DNA from: Antedon mediterranea
Lineage: Eukaryota > Animalia > Echinodermata
Direction of reading: 5' to 3'
DNA: 64,000 bases
Assembly (NCBI RefSeq): GCF_964355755.1
Contig: NC_092680.1
Location: 3,844,001-3,908,000 of the forward strand
The notes below the pieces were generated by a model, which was not told where the DNA came from, did not search any database, and saw only the letters and a list, made by a program, of their open reading frames with translations. Of this stretch, positions 1 through 11,751 are shown one piece after another; position 1 is the stretch's first letter, and each line of letters opens with the position of its first letter. The position numbers were made by a program, and so were the translations under genes.

Positions 1-1725
1 ACTACTCTGTATATTGAATTAGAATACTGTACCAAATTACGATTACAAAGAATGTGTTCACGAAACAACACATTAAACTCATTGTAGCATACTGTATTAG
101 GTAACTATTTAAGGAAAACAGATTCTCATGTCTGCAAGTTAAGTCTCAGATTAAACAACGATCCAAGTCGGACAAAACGACAACATTAATTCATGTTACA
201 CAGAACAAGAGAAACAAGCCTCTGTGTAAAAACGTGTCATTCAACGGCTCACATTTCCAGCAAAGTACAGGATGAGGTTTCAAACAATTAACTAATTTAT
301 AAAATCTAGACATTTTCACAACATCAAACAATTAACATTCATAGAATTCTGCTTTCTTCTCACGCAAAATATGTATTGGTTTACAAAGCTTTTCAGAGAA
401 CTAGATATACGTGGTGTACCGCAAACGTTTGATTTGATTGCCATGCAAATTCAAACAATCACATAATTATTAACAATCAGAACATCATAATAAAGTCACA
501 ATAATTCGTTGCGTAACCTTGTTTTAATTATCGGATAATGACCAATTAAGAAGGAAATTATGTTCATATTTCTTTTACATTGTTTTTAACCATTCTTAGG
601 ATATTGCTCAAGTCCTCATCATGATCCCGGAAAAGAAATTGAACCGTATGATAAACAGTCAACAACCGTATAGACAAAAGAAAACAACATCTTACTGCTT
701 AAAAGGAGAGGTATAGGTACCTGGGAACGGCCCTTTGTAGTAAGGTGTTTAGAGACCAATACAAATGACTATAATAGGACATTGTCTATATTCACTCTTT
801 CGATTCAATTCATTGCAGAAATGAGCTTTTAACTTATGCCTATTATGAATATGTATTATATTATTATCATGGTTGATCAACCAATCATTCAAGTATAGCA
901 TAATTGTGCGGTCTTTTAAACAATTTTAGGCCAGCCTTACATCTGCAAGCACGTACACATTTCAAAGATTTATTTGTACCCGAATGGTGATGTGTTTTTA
1001 TAAACATTTCGTTGTCTAATGTTGAAATTTTTGATTCGCCATGATGACGTAATGCTGTCTAGTTTTTCTTATATAGAGAATGCAATAATTTGACCCCGCG
1101 ATGACATTTTGATATCTGAATAATTGAAATAAAGAAAGTAACAGTAGTCTTATACAATGAAAAGATGAGATTTAATAAACTGCATATTTTTATTCGCTTC
1201 ATGAAAAAGAATCCATCTACGACCCATTGTTGGGCAAGTGTGTGAATTGATATAGGTGGGTCTAAAATTATAAGAAGCATAGGAACCAAGGGGAGAGATA
1301 GGCAACAAAAAAAAATAGTAAAGAATTGGTTTTACGTTATTGCTGCTCCTCTCACATGATTCCGGAGCAACTTGGCTTTTTACGATTCTATTTTTTAAAG
1401 AAAAATTGTGGGCGAAATTTAAAAATCGCGTTTAAGTTAATTTATTGACTTTGTGTGCACTAAAATAATTTAATTTATACGTTTTCTAACATTCTAATAA
1501 TCTTGATTTAAGTTCTAGAAACAGTGACTTCGAGTCTGAAGATTATCCGCTGGTAAATTTCAAACCTGTCATAAAAAAGATTTTCAGATCCCGGACGTGA
1601 CACCAAAAGCCTTGCTTGGTGAAACTAACATTTTCATTTAAATACAATTGTAGCCTTCTTTGATGAATGTCAAGTGTCATACTTACTATGCAAAATAAAT
1701 ACTAGAACTCAGTCTGTCAACTTAC

Positions 1726-1861
1726 CTATAGCAGTTGTCGTTGAATTGAATTCTCTCTGCAGTTCCACCAGGATAACGCTAACTGTATGGATGACTCCTA
1801 TAATAAATATATTTATGATAAAAACGCAAAAAGCGATAGTCCATCCTCGTTTGTTATTCAT
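1726..1861 (-). CDS. First coding exon of a monocarboxylate-transporter (SLC16/MFS)-like gene; remainder not found in the window
   Basis: Reverse-strand translation from ATG at 1861: MNNKRGWTIAFCVFIINIFIIGVIHTVSVILVELQREFNSTTTAI(G). It ends at a GTAAGT donor (1720-1725), and a tttcag acceptor lies just upstream (~1883). The pattern GW + hydrophobic TM1 + G...L...F resembles the SLC16 N-terminus. Too short for the ORF track. Confidence 0.7.
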
Positions 1862-2039
1862 TGCTGAATGGTGCTCTTCCTATAACTGAAACATAAAAGT
1901 ACCCATAGGTCTACTGAAACTGCTAAGCACTGATTGACCACGGAAAAAATTCTGCAATAACGGTATAGGCTAAGCCTCGACTGTGTCTACAGGAGCTGAT
2001 AGACACTATTTTTATCGCTTCAGATTGTTTGTTTATATG

Positions 2040-2470
2040 ATGGCCAATGCAGATTCGGCAGCAGGTCCTGCAATAGTGAACAATAAAAAACCGGATTGAT
2101 CCCGATTAGTAATAATAGGCGGCTAGTGATTGATCAACAAGCGTTGAGGGCAGACCATTATTATTAATCCTAAGTTAATCATTGATTGAGCATAGAGTGC
2201 GATTGGAATTTCATATTTGAAATATTAGCTCAAATTATATTGTATGTGGACGGTCCCAGAAAAAAGAACACCAATGTGTTGATCTGGTCGTCTGAATAAA
2301 TAACGTTGAACTAAGAACTTGCTTTTCTTGAATATGATCGTGCGATTGGTCCGCCGACAACGTGACAGAATTACTAAAGATTCGACCAATCAGCAGAGGA
2401 CAGACTATATTATTTTGCCCAAATCGTGCGTTGGTTTATGAAAGTCGCGGTTCACAAACGTTGACACAAC
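2040..2470. promoter_or_regulatory. CCAAT-box-rich, CpG-containing putative (bidirectional) promoter
   Basis: Several CCAAT/ATTGG boxes (about 2044, 2202, 2271, 2345, 2386) in locally CpG-richer sequence directly upstream of the SLC16-like exon. Confidence 0.4.
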
Positions 2471-2767
2471 AGTGAGGTAGGCCTAGACTTAATTTATATG
2501 AGGAAAATCATTGTCCATAGGAATTAAAGTGACCAATTGAAAACATGAAAGCTGGCGGAACTTCCAACTAGTACATTTTACTACTAAATGGAGCAAAATA
2601 TATTTTATGAAGCTAGGCAAATTTATCTGTATTATGGGGGCCTAGCTTGGTTAATGAAGGTGAGTTAAGAAGGCTATCATTGCCGGGATCATACCACATT
2701 AATTTAGGCCTAGGGCCTATGTATGATGATCCTATTCCCTACGTTTTGTAAAAATATAATGCATATA

Positions 2768-4525
2768 TGTGACCTGCTCTGGCAAAGTGAAACATAAGTC
2801 GAAAATTTAAATTTTTCAGATTTGTATTCTATCTGGTAGGAAATGTTATATCCTTTACAATGATACCAAACTTAATATTTAACATGAAGGGGATCCCGAG
2901 ATATTGTACGTTAAGTCGAAGCATGTATAAAGAAATATACAAATAACAGTTTTGAAAAAATCATGATTGAATGTCAATGTTATTTTATAAAACAACAACA
3001 CAAATTAATATTTGTTAATCTAATAGTGTATACTTTCTAAGTATCACACATTCACAAAATATGATACAATGAAATGTTTTTTGGTAGGATATTGATTACT
3101 GTGACAATGCATACAAAAAAATATTTCCACATTCTATGTTAAGTACATACTTGTGTTTCTTTTAAGCACTTGCTTAAAATGGTAAAAAAGGGGGTAAATT
3201 AATGTTTTTACACTTAAAAAACTGTATTATTCTTTAAGAATTAATTAAATGTATATAATAAATTAAGTTATATAACATTAAATACCATTTCTTGAACTAC
3301 TGGATTTAAGTACGTTCTTAAAAGTTACTTAAATAATTTAAATTTTAGTTGTGTAGTGCCTGCTGATTAGATAACAAATACAACTTAAATACCATTATGC
3401 GATTGCTTTAATCAATTAAATAATGGATATGTTTTAAGCACATACTAATGTATTAAGTTTGTTTTAAGCATTTACTAATACAATTGTGTAATGTTCATGA
3501 AATTATGTTGGTGTAAGTGCATAATAATAGCCTACAATAACATGAATTAATACAATACTTATTATGTAAAAACAATAAATATGGTAGGCCTATGTGATAT
3601 GTAGGCAAATAAAAGTGCCACTTAGGCCTAGCCTACCTATCCTAGCTAGGCCTATTTGCCCTGCAACCTACCTAGCTAGCCTACCTAGGCCTAGCTTGTC
3701 TAGTCTAGACCTGCTAGGCCTACCCTAGCTAGGGCCTAGCTAGGCTAGGACAAGTAGGCCTAGAAGGACCCAGCCTGGAGTCCAAAAGGCTACTTAGTAG
3801 GCCTAGGCTAGTCACTACACTGGCTGTAATAATTTAATATCATAGGTCCTTTGCTACTCTCATTATGTTTTTATTTTTTAGTCATTGTATTTGGCCCAGG
3901 CCTAGGCCCTAGACTAGATCCATCGATTATCTTAAATCTGAATTGTTTACACTCTCTTCTCCGCGTAAAAAGTAAACAGGTCAAAGGTCATTATAAGGAT
4001 AAGCCAATTACAGTACTGTATTTCTACTACGCGCTAGCCATTACGTGGCGTATCCTTGACAACGGATTTCTGTTGTGTAAAATCACGTCAGAGAAGCTTT
4101 TTACCTCCTCTAATTCCCGCTGAAGAAGCCAAAAATATTGAAAACCACTTGAAATACCCACTGAATATGGCTTATGAATATTTAAATTTTCAGACTCTAC
4201 CATGTTTCTAAAGGTAGCTATACAAATATTTTCATAAACTGCACAGTTTTCTAACAGTGTTTCATGCACTTTATTTCATTTTTTTGCAACAAAATGAAAT
4301 CAAGACAAAAAAGGTACTCATTAAAATCACTTATTTAGCCCTTTTATAAACTTAATTCACCCAAAATGAAACTTGATCTTGATTCTTAAATAGTTGTAGA
4401 TTCCAAAAAGGGGAAAACCCTATTTTCACCAAGATAGTGATTTTTAACTTACATAGTACTTCTATAGGTCAATACACTGAATAAAGATCAGCGAGTTATG
4501 TTTCACTATGCCAGAGCAGGTCACA
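2768..4525. mobile_element. Non-autonomous DNA transposon (~1.76 kb) with ~34-bp TIRs, TGT...ACA ends and TA flanks
   Basis: Left end TGTGACCTGCTCTGGCAAAGTGAAACATAAGTCG. Right end CGAGTTATGTTTCACTATGCCAGAGCAGGTCACA is its reverse complement with 2 mismatches. No transposase ORF inside. An uninterrupted copy of the host repeat at ~21975-22150 shows the empty site. Confidence 0.88.
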
Positions 4526-5383
4526 TATATTACTTTAAAAACATTAAACCAGGTCATTCCTTGTCTTATGTACGTTTTATGGTAAATTATGATAAAAAGA
4601 GAGAAACAACCTAACTAAGTTAAGTAGCTCGCGTCGAATGTACTCTCGTGGACGGCTTACTTTTGTAGGCCTAGCTGGTAAACAGCAGTAACGTACGAAC
4701 ATCGTACGCTAGCTAATAGCATGACGTTGTCTAGTTGCTGCATTGTCTTTTTGTTTTTGCCAGAATCCATTATTTTTACATTAAATGTAGTTTGTTATCT
4801 TAAATTAGATCTAAAAAACGTAGGGAATGGGACTTTAATGATTCAATTGAATCTTACTTATCCAGACTTTCTTCCAGTGGGGTATGGGAAACAATAATGT
4901 GTACCTGCACATATCTGAAAATGTGTAGGTATGGTGATAACTATTAATGGTGGTAATTTTTAGCTTAGCATAGTAAAGAAAATTATATATGCTTTTGTTG
5001 AGACCTGTAACAGAATGAAAACCCACACACAAGTATTTCCCATTATGTAATATACATAAAAATAACAACATTATTTCATACATTGTATGTAGATTAATTA
5101 GTAAACTATCAAATTAATAATATATTCATAAATTATACTACAGTAATATAATAACATAATACTTTATTTGGTAAAAGAATAAATAATGTTCTATTTAAAG
5201 TTTTTTTTTAAATGAAAAAATAATTTTTTATATACTAAAACTTATTTAATACACCATGAAATATTTATATCAATACGTTTTTTACGAAAGACCTCCGCTT
5301 AATTCCATACAAATACTGTAGGCTAGTTTTGAAATCTTTTAGGCTTTCCCCTTTTTGTGTTACCGTCTAATTTCGATTAGGGA

Positions 5384-5478
5384 CGAGTGATTTCACACGT
5401 TTGATTAAACAAGGAAAGAGTGATTTTAACTCTTTCCTGATTTAACTACGGGTGATTTTAACTCTTCCCTGATTAAAC
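5384..5478. repeat. Three degenerate ~30-33-bp tandem copies (GAGTGATTTTAACTCTTCCCTGATTAAAC-like) at the start of the NUDT17 3'UTR
   Basis: Direct inspection of the sequence; the array abuts the stop codon at 5479. Confidence 0.6.
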
Positions 5479-8400
5479 CTAATCAAATGTTTGGCTCCAT
5501 TGTTGAATAGCAAACTTTGTTCCTGTGCTAATTCGTTCTACATCTGGGCCTGTTGAGGGAGCTGTTGCAAATAGTATCGATGACGATAACTGTTGTATTG
5601 TTGGTTGGTTTGTGTCTTGTGTCAAAACTACAGACCTGAAATAAATATAGCGATATCCTTAATATCTGTAAAATCTACATTTAGGCCTAAGTATTACTGG
5701 TAACATGATAACATTCAAATCAACTTACTCGAATGTGTTAGGTATATGGTTAGGTACATCCCCCATTTTTTCATTGCTATCAGAGTTTTTGGCGATTTCT
5801 TTCAAACAAGCTTCTGATAGCCATGCTGCAGCATCGGTCTCATTTGGATCCAGTGCTAACCTCTTCTGCAGGTCCTCATGACCTTGGTCAACTACAGCCG
5901 TTTGATACACCACCATGTGGTGACGTCTTGGCAATCCCTGGGATAGCATTGCTGGGTACACTGACTAGAAAGGAATAATTCATTATTATTTGTACAGTTC
6001 CATATGACATTATTGAGCTTTTAAACCAGGTGACGCGGCAGTGTGTGTTGTGCAACCAAGCATACAATTTACAGTGATCATGCAGATACAAGATCACTGG
6101 ACCATTGAACATTCAACGATTTGGACCTAGTGTTTGGGTGTTTCTGACTTCTGCGTTTCGACTAATAGTTATAGTAACTCAAGTAATTAGTTGCAAATAT
6201 ACCTCCCACAATGCAAGCACTTTTATTGACTTGCAGTCTTGAGGTGTAATTTTCAAACCAGTCTCCTCCTCTAGCTCCCTCAGTCCTGCTTCTTCTAACT
6301 GCATCAAAGCAAACATGAGAAAAACATCAAAATGATGTCGATAAATACAAACACAATGATACTTACATTTTATACACCATACTACATTTTAAATCAAATT
6401 TGAATGAAATATGTATTGACAAACAATAAAACTCTAATGTAAATGTTTAGCACATCACTAAGTGTCAGCACTTAATGCAAGGCTCTTTTGGACATGGTGT
6501 TAGGTGCACATGGTCCTTTTAAAAAAATTTTATTTCTCAAATTGTATCAATCAATCAATCAATTTATTTGGAAATTGCACCTTTACATCGGTGGCACACA
6601 CAGGAAGTGGTGCATCCATATTGAACACAATTAACATAAAATGACGGATACGGATACTTAAGCTAATTTGAATTAAAATTAGTACTATATACTGTAGCAA
6701 TATTTGTCTGACATGAGTTGATACATTTTAGTTAAATATATTTATATATATATACATAAAGAGGAAGTATTTGTTGATGAGGATATTAAAATTATCATGA
6801 TAGTTAATATTGAAATGGTTTCCTATACAGTATAGTAATAACAATTATACATAGTGATACAAAATAATATATAAAAATACATTCACATAAAATCATAAGT
6901 TATATACGAAAAAAAAAAACTAAAAAAAAACAAAACTTAACTATACTATACTTAACTAAAAAAAAAAAAAAAATTCTTTATTTCGTTACTCTATTTACAG
7001 TTATACATTAGTAGTACCAGACTGGTATTTAAATCTTTAACATTTTGGTACGTGAAGCCCATGCTTGTTTTATATAGCTTTTGCAAAACATGTCAAATAT
7101 TTCATTTACTTTATTAACAATTACTGATTGCGTCCCAGTAGGAAGGCTAGTGTCACTTTTTAGGGTTAGTTTTAGTTTTAATACTGGGTTACCCAGTAGA
7201 ACGTACAACCAGAATGTATAGAGATTACTATTATATAGGTTACGCTCAAGTTTACAATATTCCGTTGAGCGTAGATCATCAAAATATTTGCATTTGAACA
7301 TAAAATGTATAATGTCTTCTTTATCATTTTTACATATAGGACATGTACCATCATTATCTTCTTCCCATATAGATTTCTTAAGGTTAAGTGCAAGTGTATT
7401 TGATCTTGCCTTAAATTTAAGACTTGCCCCTAAGAAATCTAATTTATCTAAAAGATACGGTTCTACATATGGTGTGGATTTAAGTGTGACATAATTCATC
7501 AATGAAGTTTTCTTTCTGGCTTGGTCAAAAATTTGGATACCATCAATACTTTTAATTATATTTTTTGAAATGATTACCCATTGATTGTTAGTATCTGTCG
7601 TTAATTTAAACCTGTGGCTCATTCCACACAAGTCTAGAGTATTTTGCATATGGTTGTACCATTTCCACTTAAATGTAGACGTATGACCAATGAATAGCAT
7701 TGCACTAAAAGCCAATTTGGGCCATCGACTCATATCCATCTTTACTAAACGATTTAAGAAAGCAATTCGTTGCATGTCTTGAATAGTTGAAATAGACTTC
7801 CAACCTAGATCACCGTACAAAGCTTCCTTACTAGTTGTACGTGGTGCTTTGAGTATTGCCTTTGCCATTTGGGTTTGTAATTTTTCAAGATTTTGAATAT
7901 CACTTATACCACCACAGACATATGTAGAGCACTCATAGTTAATTGAAGGAAGACCCAGAGTCTTCCACAACAAATCTCCATAAAACACTCTGTTATAATC
8001 ATCTTGATCATTAATAATTGACTTTATATACGCTATAATTCTATATCCCTTCTTAATAACCTCTTCAATATGACAGTGATCGGAAAGAGATCTTGTAATA
8101 TGGGATCCTAAATATTTGTAACAATTAACTTCTGAAATATAATGATCACTTAATGGCCATAATCTCTGTTTGTCTGTTCTTTTTCCAGTAATTAAAACAT
8201 TGGATTTCTCATAGTTGAATTCTAATTTGTAGTCATTACTAAATTTTGTAGCTAGATCAAGCATTTCTTGTAACTCCTTTTCATCGTTAGCTAGCAGAAC
8301 AACATCATCTGCCCAGAATAGACCACTTAATTGAACATTACATATTTCTATGCCCATTTTGTTTTTCCTTAAAGTAATTTACTTTAGCTATTTTCATATT

Positions 8401-9676
8401 TTCTACCTTATATTACATTTGTTACTGTTGTGTGTATAGAGGTGCTTGTCACCTGTTCATCCTTTTCTTTTCGCTGCCTTTATGTTATGTGCAGTGATAA
8501 AGTTTAATAAATAAAAATAAAATTTAGAAAAACCGAGCCTAGCCTTCAGTTTCACCAATGTAGCCTACTATGCTTATACTGTGTGTCTGTTGTTTGTCAG
8601 ATAATACTTAACTGTTTCGTTGGCTTCCACATGCCCACCAGGCGGAACCCAGATGCCTGGGAAGTTTCTCAAATGTTTTGCTCGTCTTGTTATTAATATG
8701 TGTCTGTCAGAAGTCTGCAGTAAGGTCGCAACGCCTACGTCAACTCCTCTGGAGACATCTTCTGGTCGTATGGATTTTATATCCGACTCGGTCAGTGCAT
8801 GCATTGGACAAAATGTAGGATGCTTGAAATAAAGTTCAAATTTAGAAAATGTTTTAATTAATGTACATTACTTTTATTTTTATTAACTACAGTATTACAT
8901 TATTACACCTACTACTACTACTTTATTTATATTAGTGTATATACCAGTTATTTACTATATTTATTTGTTTTGTAAATGTACATATTCTCTATGTTGATAT
9001 GATGTTTCCTGATGTTTTGGTCGAAATAAACGTTAAATTGAATTGAACATTCAAAGACTCTCTGAAAACTGGATAGTTGAAGAAGTGGAATTGTTCCTTT
9101 TATGGTTGCAGGGTCCCATATTTATTGTTATCATTCCAAATGCGTTATTCGTATGTCGATGGTATACTAACCTTTACTAGGATTTTTTCATCCCCTTCAG
9201 TTGATATGACAACAACTCCATCTTGTAGATTACAACTTAGTTTTGTGGTTTGCCCAGTTTTACCAAAATAATCAAATACACACTGACGAAACAAATAATA
9301 ATATAATAATTGTATGTATTAATAAAATTACTTAGTTGATGTATATGTGTAGAGTGAGAAAATAAAATATCTATGGATTAACTGGTTGATAACCTGGATC
9401 CTGTAATCTATAGGCATAGGCCTCAGAGTAACTATACCAGCCCTTCCTGCCATTCTGAACCGTGCCGTTCGTGGCTTTACAGAACTAAAAAGACTAGCCT
9501 AGGCCTAGCAAGTTTCAGAACACAAAATGTGTTTTCATTTGTTTATATACATCAAGAACGATTAATAATTATCGCAATGGTATACTTACATGCTGGAAAG
9601 GGGCAATTTCTACATTGCTTGAACCATTTTTTCGATAGCCAACTAAAATTCGCCTGGAATTCATGGAGGCTGCCAT
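5479..9676 (-). CDS. NUDT17: Nudix hydrolase 17-like protein, 6 exons, 298 aa
   Basis: Exons 9676-9590, 9282-9172, 8822-8613, 6298-6203, 5964-5729, 5635-5479. All introns are GT-AG and the frame is continuous (897 nt). The Nudix box GGHVEANET|LEEAGLRELEEETGL fits GX5EX7REUXEEXGU. NUDT17-type motifs are present: HPTFCP, RGVDVGVA, ILITRRAKHLRNFPGIWVPPGGH, LWESVYP..L..GLP.RHH, ERISTGTKFA. Confidence 0.92.
6546..8378 (-). mobile_element. 5'-truncated non-LTR retrotransposon (LINE, RTEX-like) in NUDT17 intron 3
   Basis: Contains the RT ORF 7029-8357, then an AT-rich 3'UTR, an AATAAA (6563-6568 on the minus strand) and a (TTGA/ATTG)n microsatellite tail (6546-6562). No endonuclease or N-terminal RT part is present, and no TSD was found. 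Confidence 0.85.
7029..8357 (-). CDS. LINE ORF2 C-terminal fragment: RT domains 5-7, thumb and CCHC zinc knuckle (442 aa, uninterrupted)
   Basis: Motifs LFWADDVVL (YADD equivalent), LEFNYEKS, YKYLG, EALYGDLGW and CPICKNDKEDIIHFMFKC. Confidence 0.9.
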   Translation of the reverse strand: MGIEICNVQLSGLFWADDVVLLANDEKELQEMLDLATKFSNDYKLEFNYEKSNVLITGKRTDKQRLWPLSDHYISEVNCYKYLGSHITRSLSDHCHIEEVIKKGYRIIAYIKSIINDQDDYNRVFYGDLLWKTLGLPSINYECSTYVCGGISDIQNLEKLQTQMAKAILKAPRTTSKEALYGDLGWKSISTIQDMQRIAFLNRLVKMDMSRWPKLAFSAMLFIGHTSTFKWKWYNHMQNTLDLCGMSHRFKLTTDTNNQWVIISKNIIKSIDGIQIFDQARKKTSLMNYVTLKSTPYVEPYLLDKLDFLGASLKFKARSNTLALNLKKSIWEEDNDGTCPICKNDKEDIIHFMFKCKYFDDLRSTEYCKLERNLYNSNLYTFWLYVLLGNPVLKLKLTLKSDTSLPTGTQSVIVNKVNEIFDMFCKSYIKQAWASRTKMLKI

Positions 9677-10430
9677 TTTTATTCTGTATTTACCAATAGA
9701 GGGCGACATTGTAAAATAAAGTAAAAATTGTTGTTTGTGAGCGGCGGCCACGATTTGTTTAAAACGTATTTTCCATTCTAGATAATTTCTATATATTTCT
9801 TATTTTTCTTATGTTTTCTTTTTTATTCACCGTTGCAAGCTAACTACAGCAGTTTTTTGTTTTATTTAAAAAAATATGATACACTATATTGAATTCTGAA
9901 AACTGAAACTTAAAAAACGAACTTCAAACCTTTTATTTTTAAATGGATCAAAAAACTTAATCCACTGTTTAATCCTTTAAAGCAACTTTACTGAATACAA
10001 TAATTACATTGTACAAAAAGGACAATGCTAACTTGTGTAGCCCAAAAATAATTCAATTTAGGTAATAAATTTGGAATAAGAATTCTATATCTCATTTTTT
10101 ATTTAACAAATACAAAATTTGGTCGAAAAACAAAAAAGTAATTTAAAGTTAGAAATAAGAATGAGAGCACCAGAGCTTTTTGATATAATACTGAATTTAA
10201 CAGTAGAATAACTAAATACAAATATAATGTACATTATTTACACAGTGCAATATGCCTGCACCAAACAAGGCGATTTACATATCTTGCTTTGTACATGTTT
10301 TTCTATATCTCTATAAATTCGTAGGCAACATCCGTTATACTTCTATCGAAGAGAGGAAAACAAACATTTTTTAAATGTCGTTTCCAAAATAAATTAAAAT
10401 AAACATACTGTATTTCTATTGATCATCCTA

Positions 10431-10548
10431 AGCTCTGTCTACACTAACAAACTATTTTGACCAAAAGAGTGTGCCCAAATATGGTAGTGATATGACATGG
10501 GCACATCACTTTTTTTTGTCATAAAGTTTAATAGTGTAGACAGAGGCT
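10431..10548. mobile_element. Palindromic MITE family A (TIR AGCTCTGTCTACACTATCAAAC), copy 1
   Basis: Starts agctctgtctacactaacaaac and ends atagtgtagacagaggct. Internal gtgcccaaatatggtagtgatatgac is shared with the other copies. Confidence 0.75.
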
Positions 10549-11751
10549 AGACTAATGTTTTGGACAATCTAAATAATAATAATAGGTAATCTTCATTATG
10601 TGAATAGTGATTTTTTTTTAGATAATAAAATAATTTGTTCTTCAAAGTATCAAATCACCCTTCTTATCTGTCAGAATTATGAGATCTAAGGTATAATCGG
10701 TGTTTAGTAAACTTTAGTACTACTTTGTAACACTAAAATTAATGGAAAATTGAGACTTAAACTTCTCCATGACTGTGCATACAGCCTTACAATTAGACCA
10801 CTAACACTACCATATAAAGTATGGTATGCAGTACAAAACCTCCCTTTGGACACTATCTAATTAACAGAGCTGTAGCCAGCATGAGGCAGAGGAGGCACTT
10901 GCCAGATTTAACCTCTCGCTATGTCCTTGATTAGTGCATGTTAAATGAACCAGGAAAATATATGTTTTGACCAAACCCTATTAAAAGAGGACCATTTTTG
11001 GTTCCCAAAGGTGTCACCAATAGAGGTTTCAATGTTTTCCAAAATTGTGGCTTAAACCATACTTGGGGGGAAATTTTGTAAAATGTGGCATAATATACTT
11101 ATTCAGAACTTCAATACCTCTTCTAACTTGTACAATACAATACCTAACTATTGATTGCTAATCAAACCAGTATTCTTACTAATATATTATATTACAGTAT
11201 CTTCCTATATTCACAGTATTAACAGTTATATATACATCATGTTGACCAATAATGTGTGAAAGATCGCATTCTAACTTCGGCATTAAGTAACTTAAATTAG
11301 AGCAGTTTATTTGTGAAATTTGGTAAGGTAAAATGGAAGTTAGGTTTGAAAGTATAACATATAGAAGCCCTGATTATATTATATATTAATATTCACATTG
11401 GAATATTTACATATTTTAACATTACATCAACTAATGCTAGTTGATGACAAAGATTGTTATGAAAAATTATGTTTAAACAAATATATTTTAGATATTTAAT
11501 TTGTTGTTGTTTGTTCAAAAGGCCAAAAAAAAAAAAGATGTTACAGGAGATTTATTACAAGATTCATTTAATTCTTATATTTGAAAGTTTTTGCAGAATT
11601 GTTTTTTGAAGATTTGTGCTTGTTTTTGTACTACGTTGCTGATTTACAAAAGATTCCATGATTATTCCAAACTTCTTCTTCACAGCACACCACTTGACTA
11701 TCCATCTTTCAAAATGAAAAGTCATTCTGCGTAGACTCAATAACTTAGTGG

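Noticed and set aside
1530-1570. Third hammerhead candidate (CTGAAGA...)
   Set aside because: No convincing helix II followed by GAAA, and no helix I.
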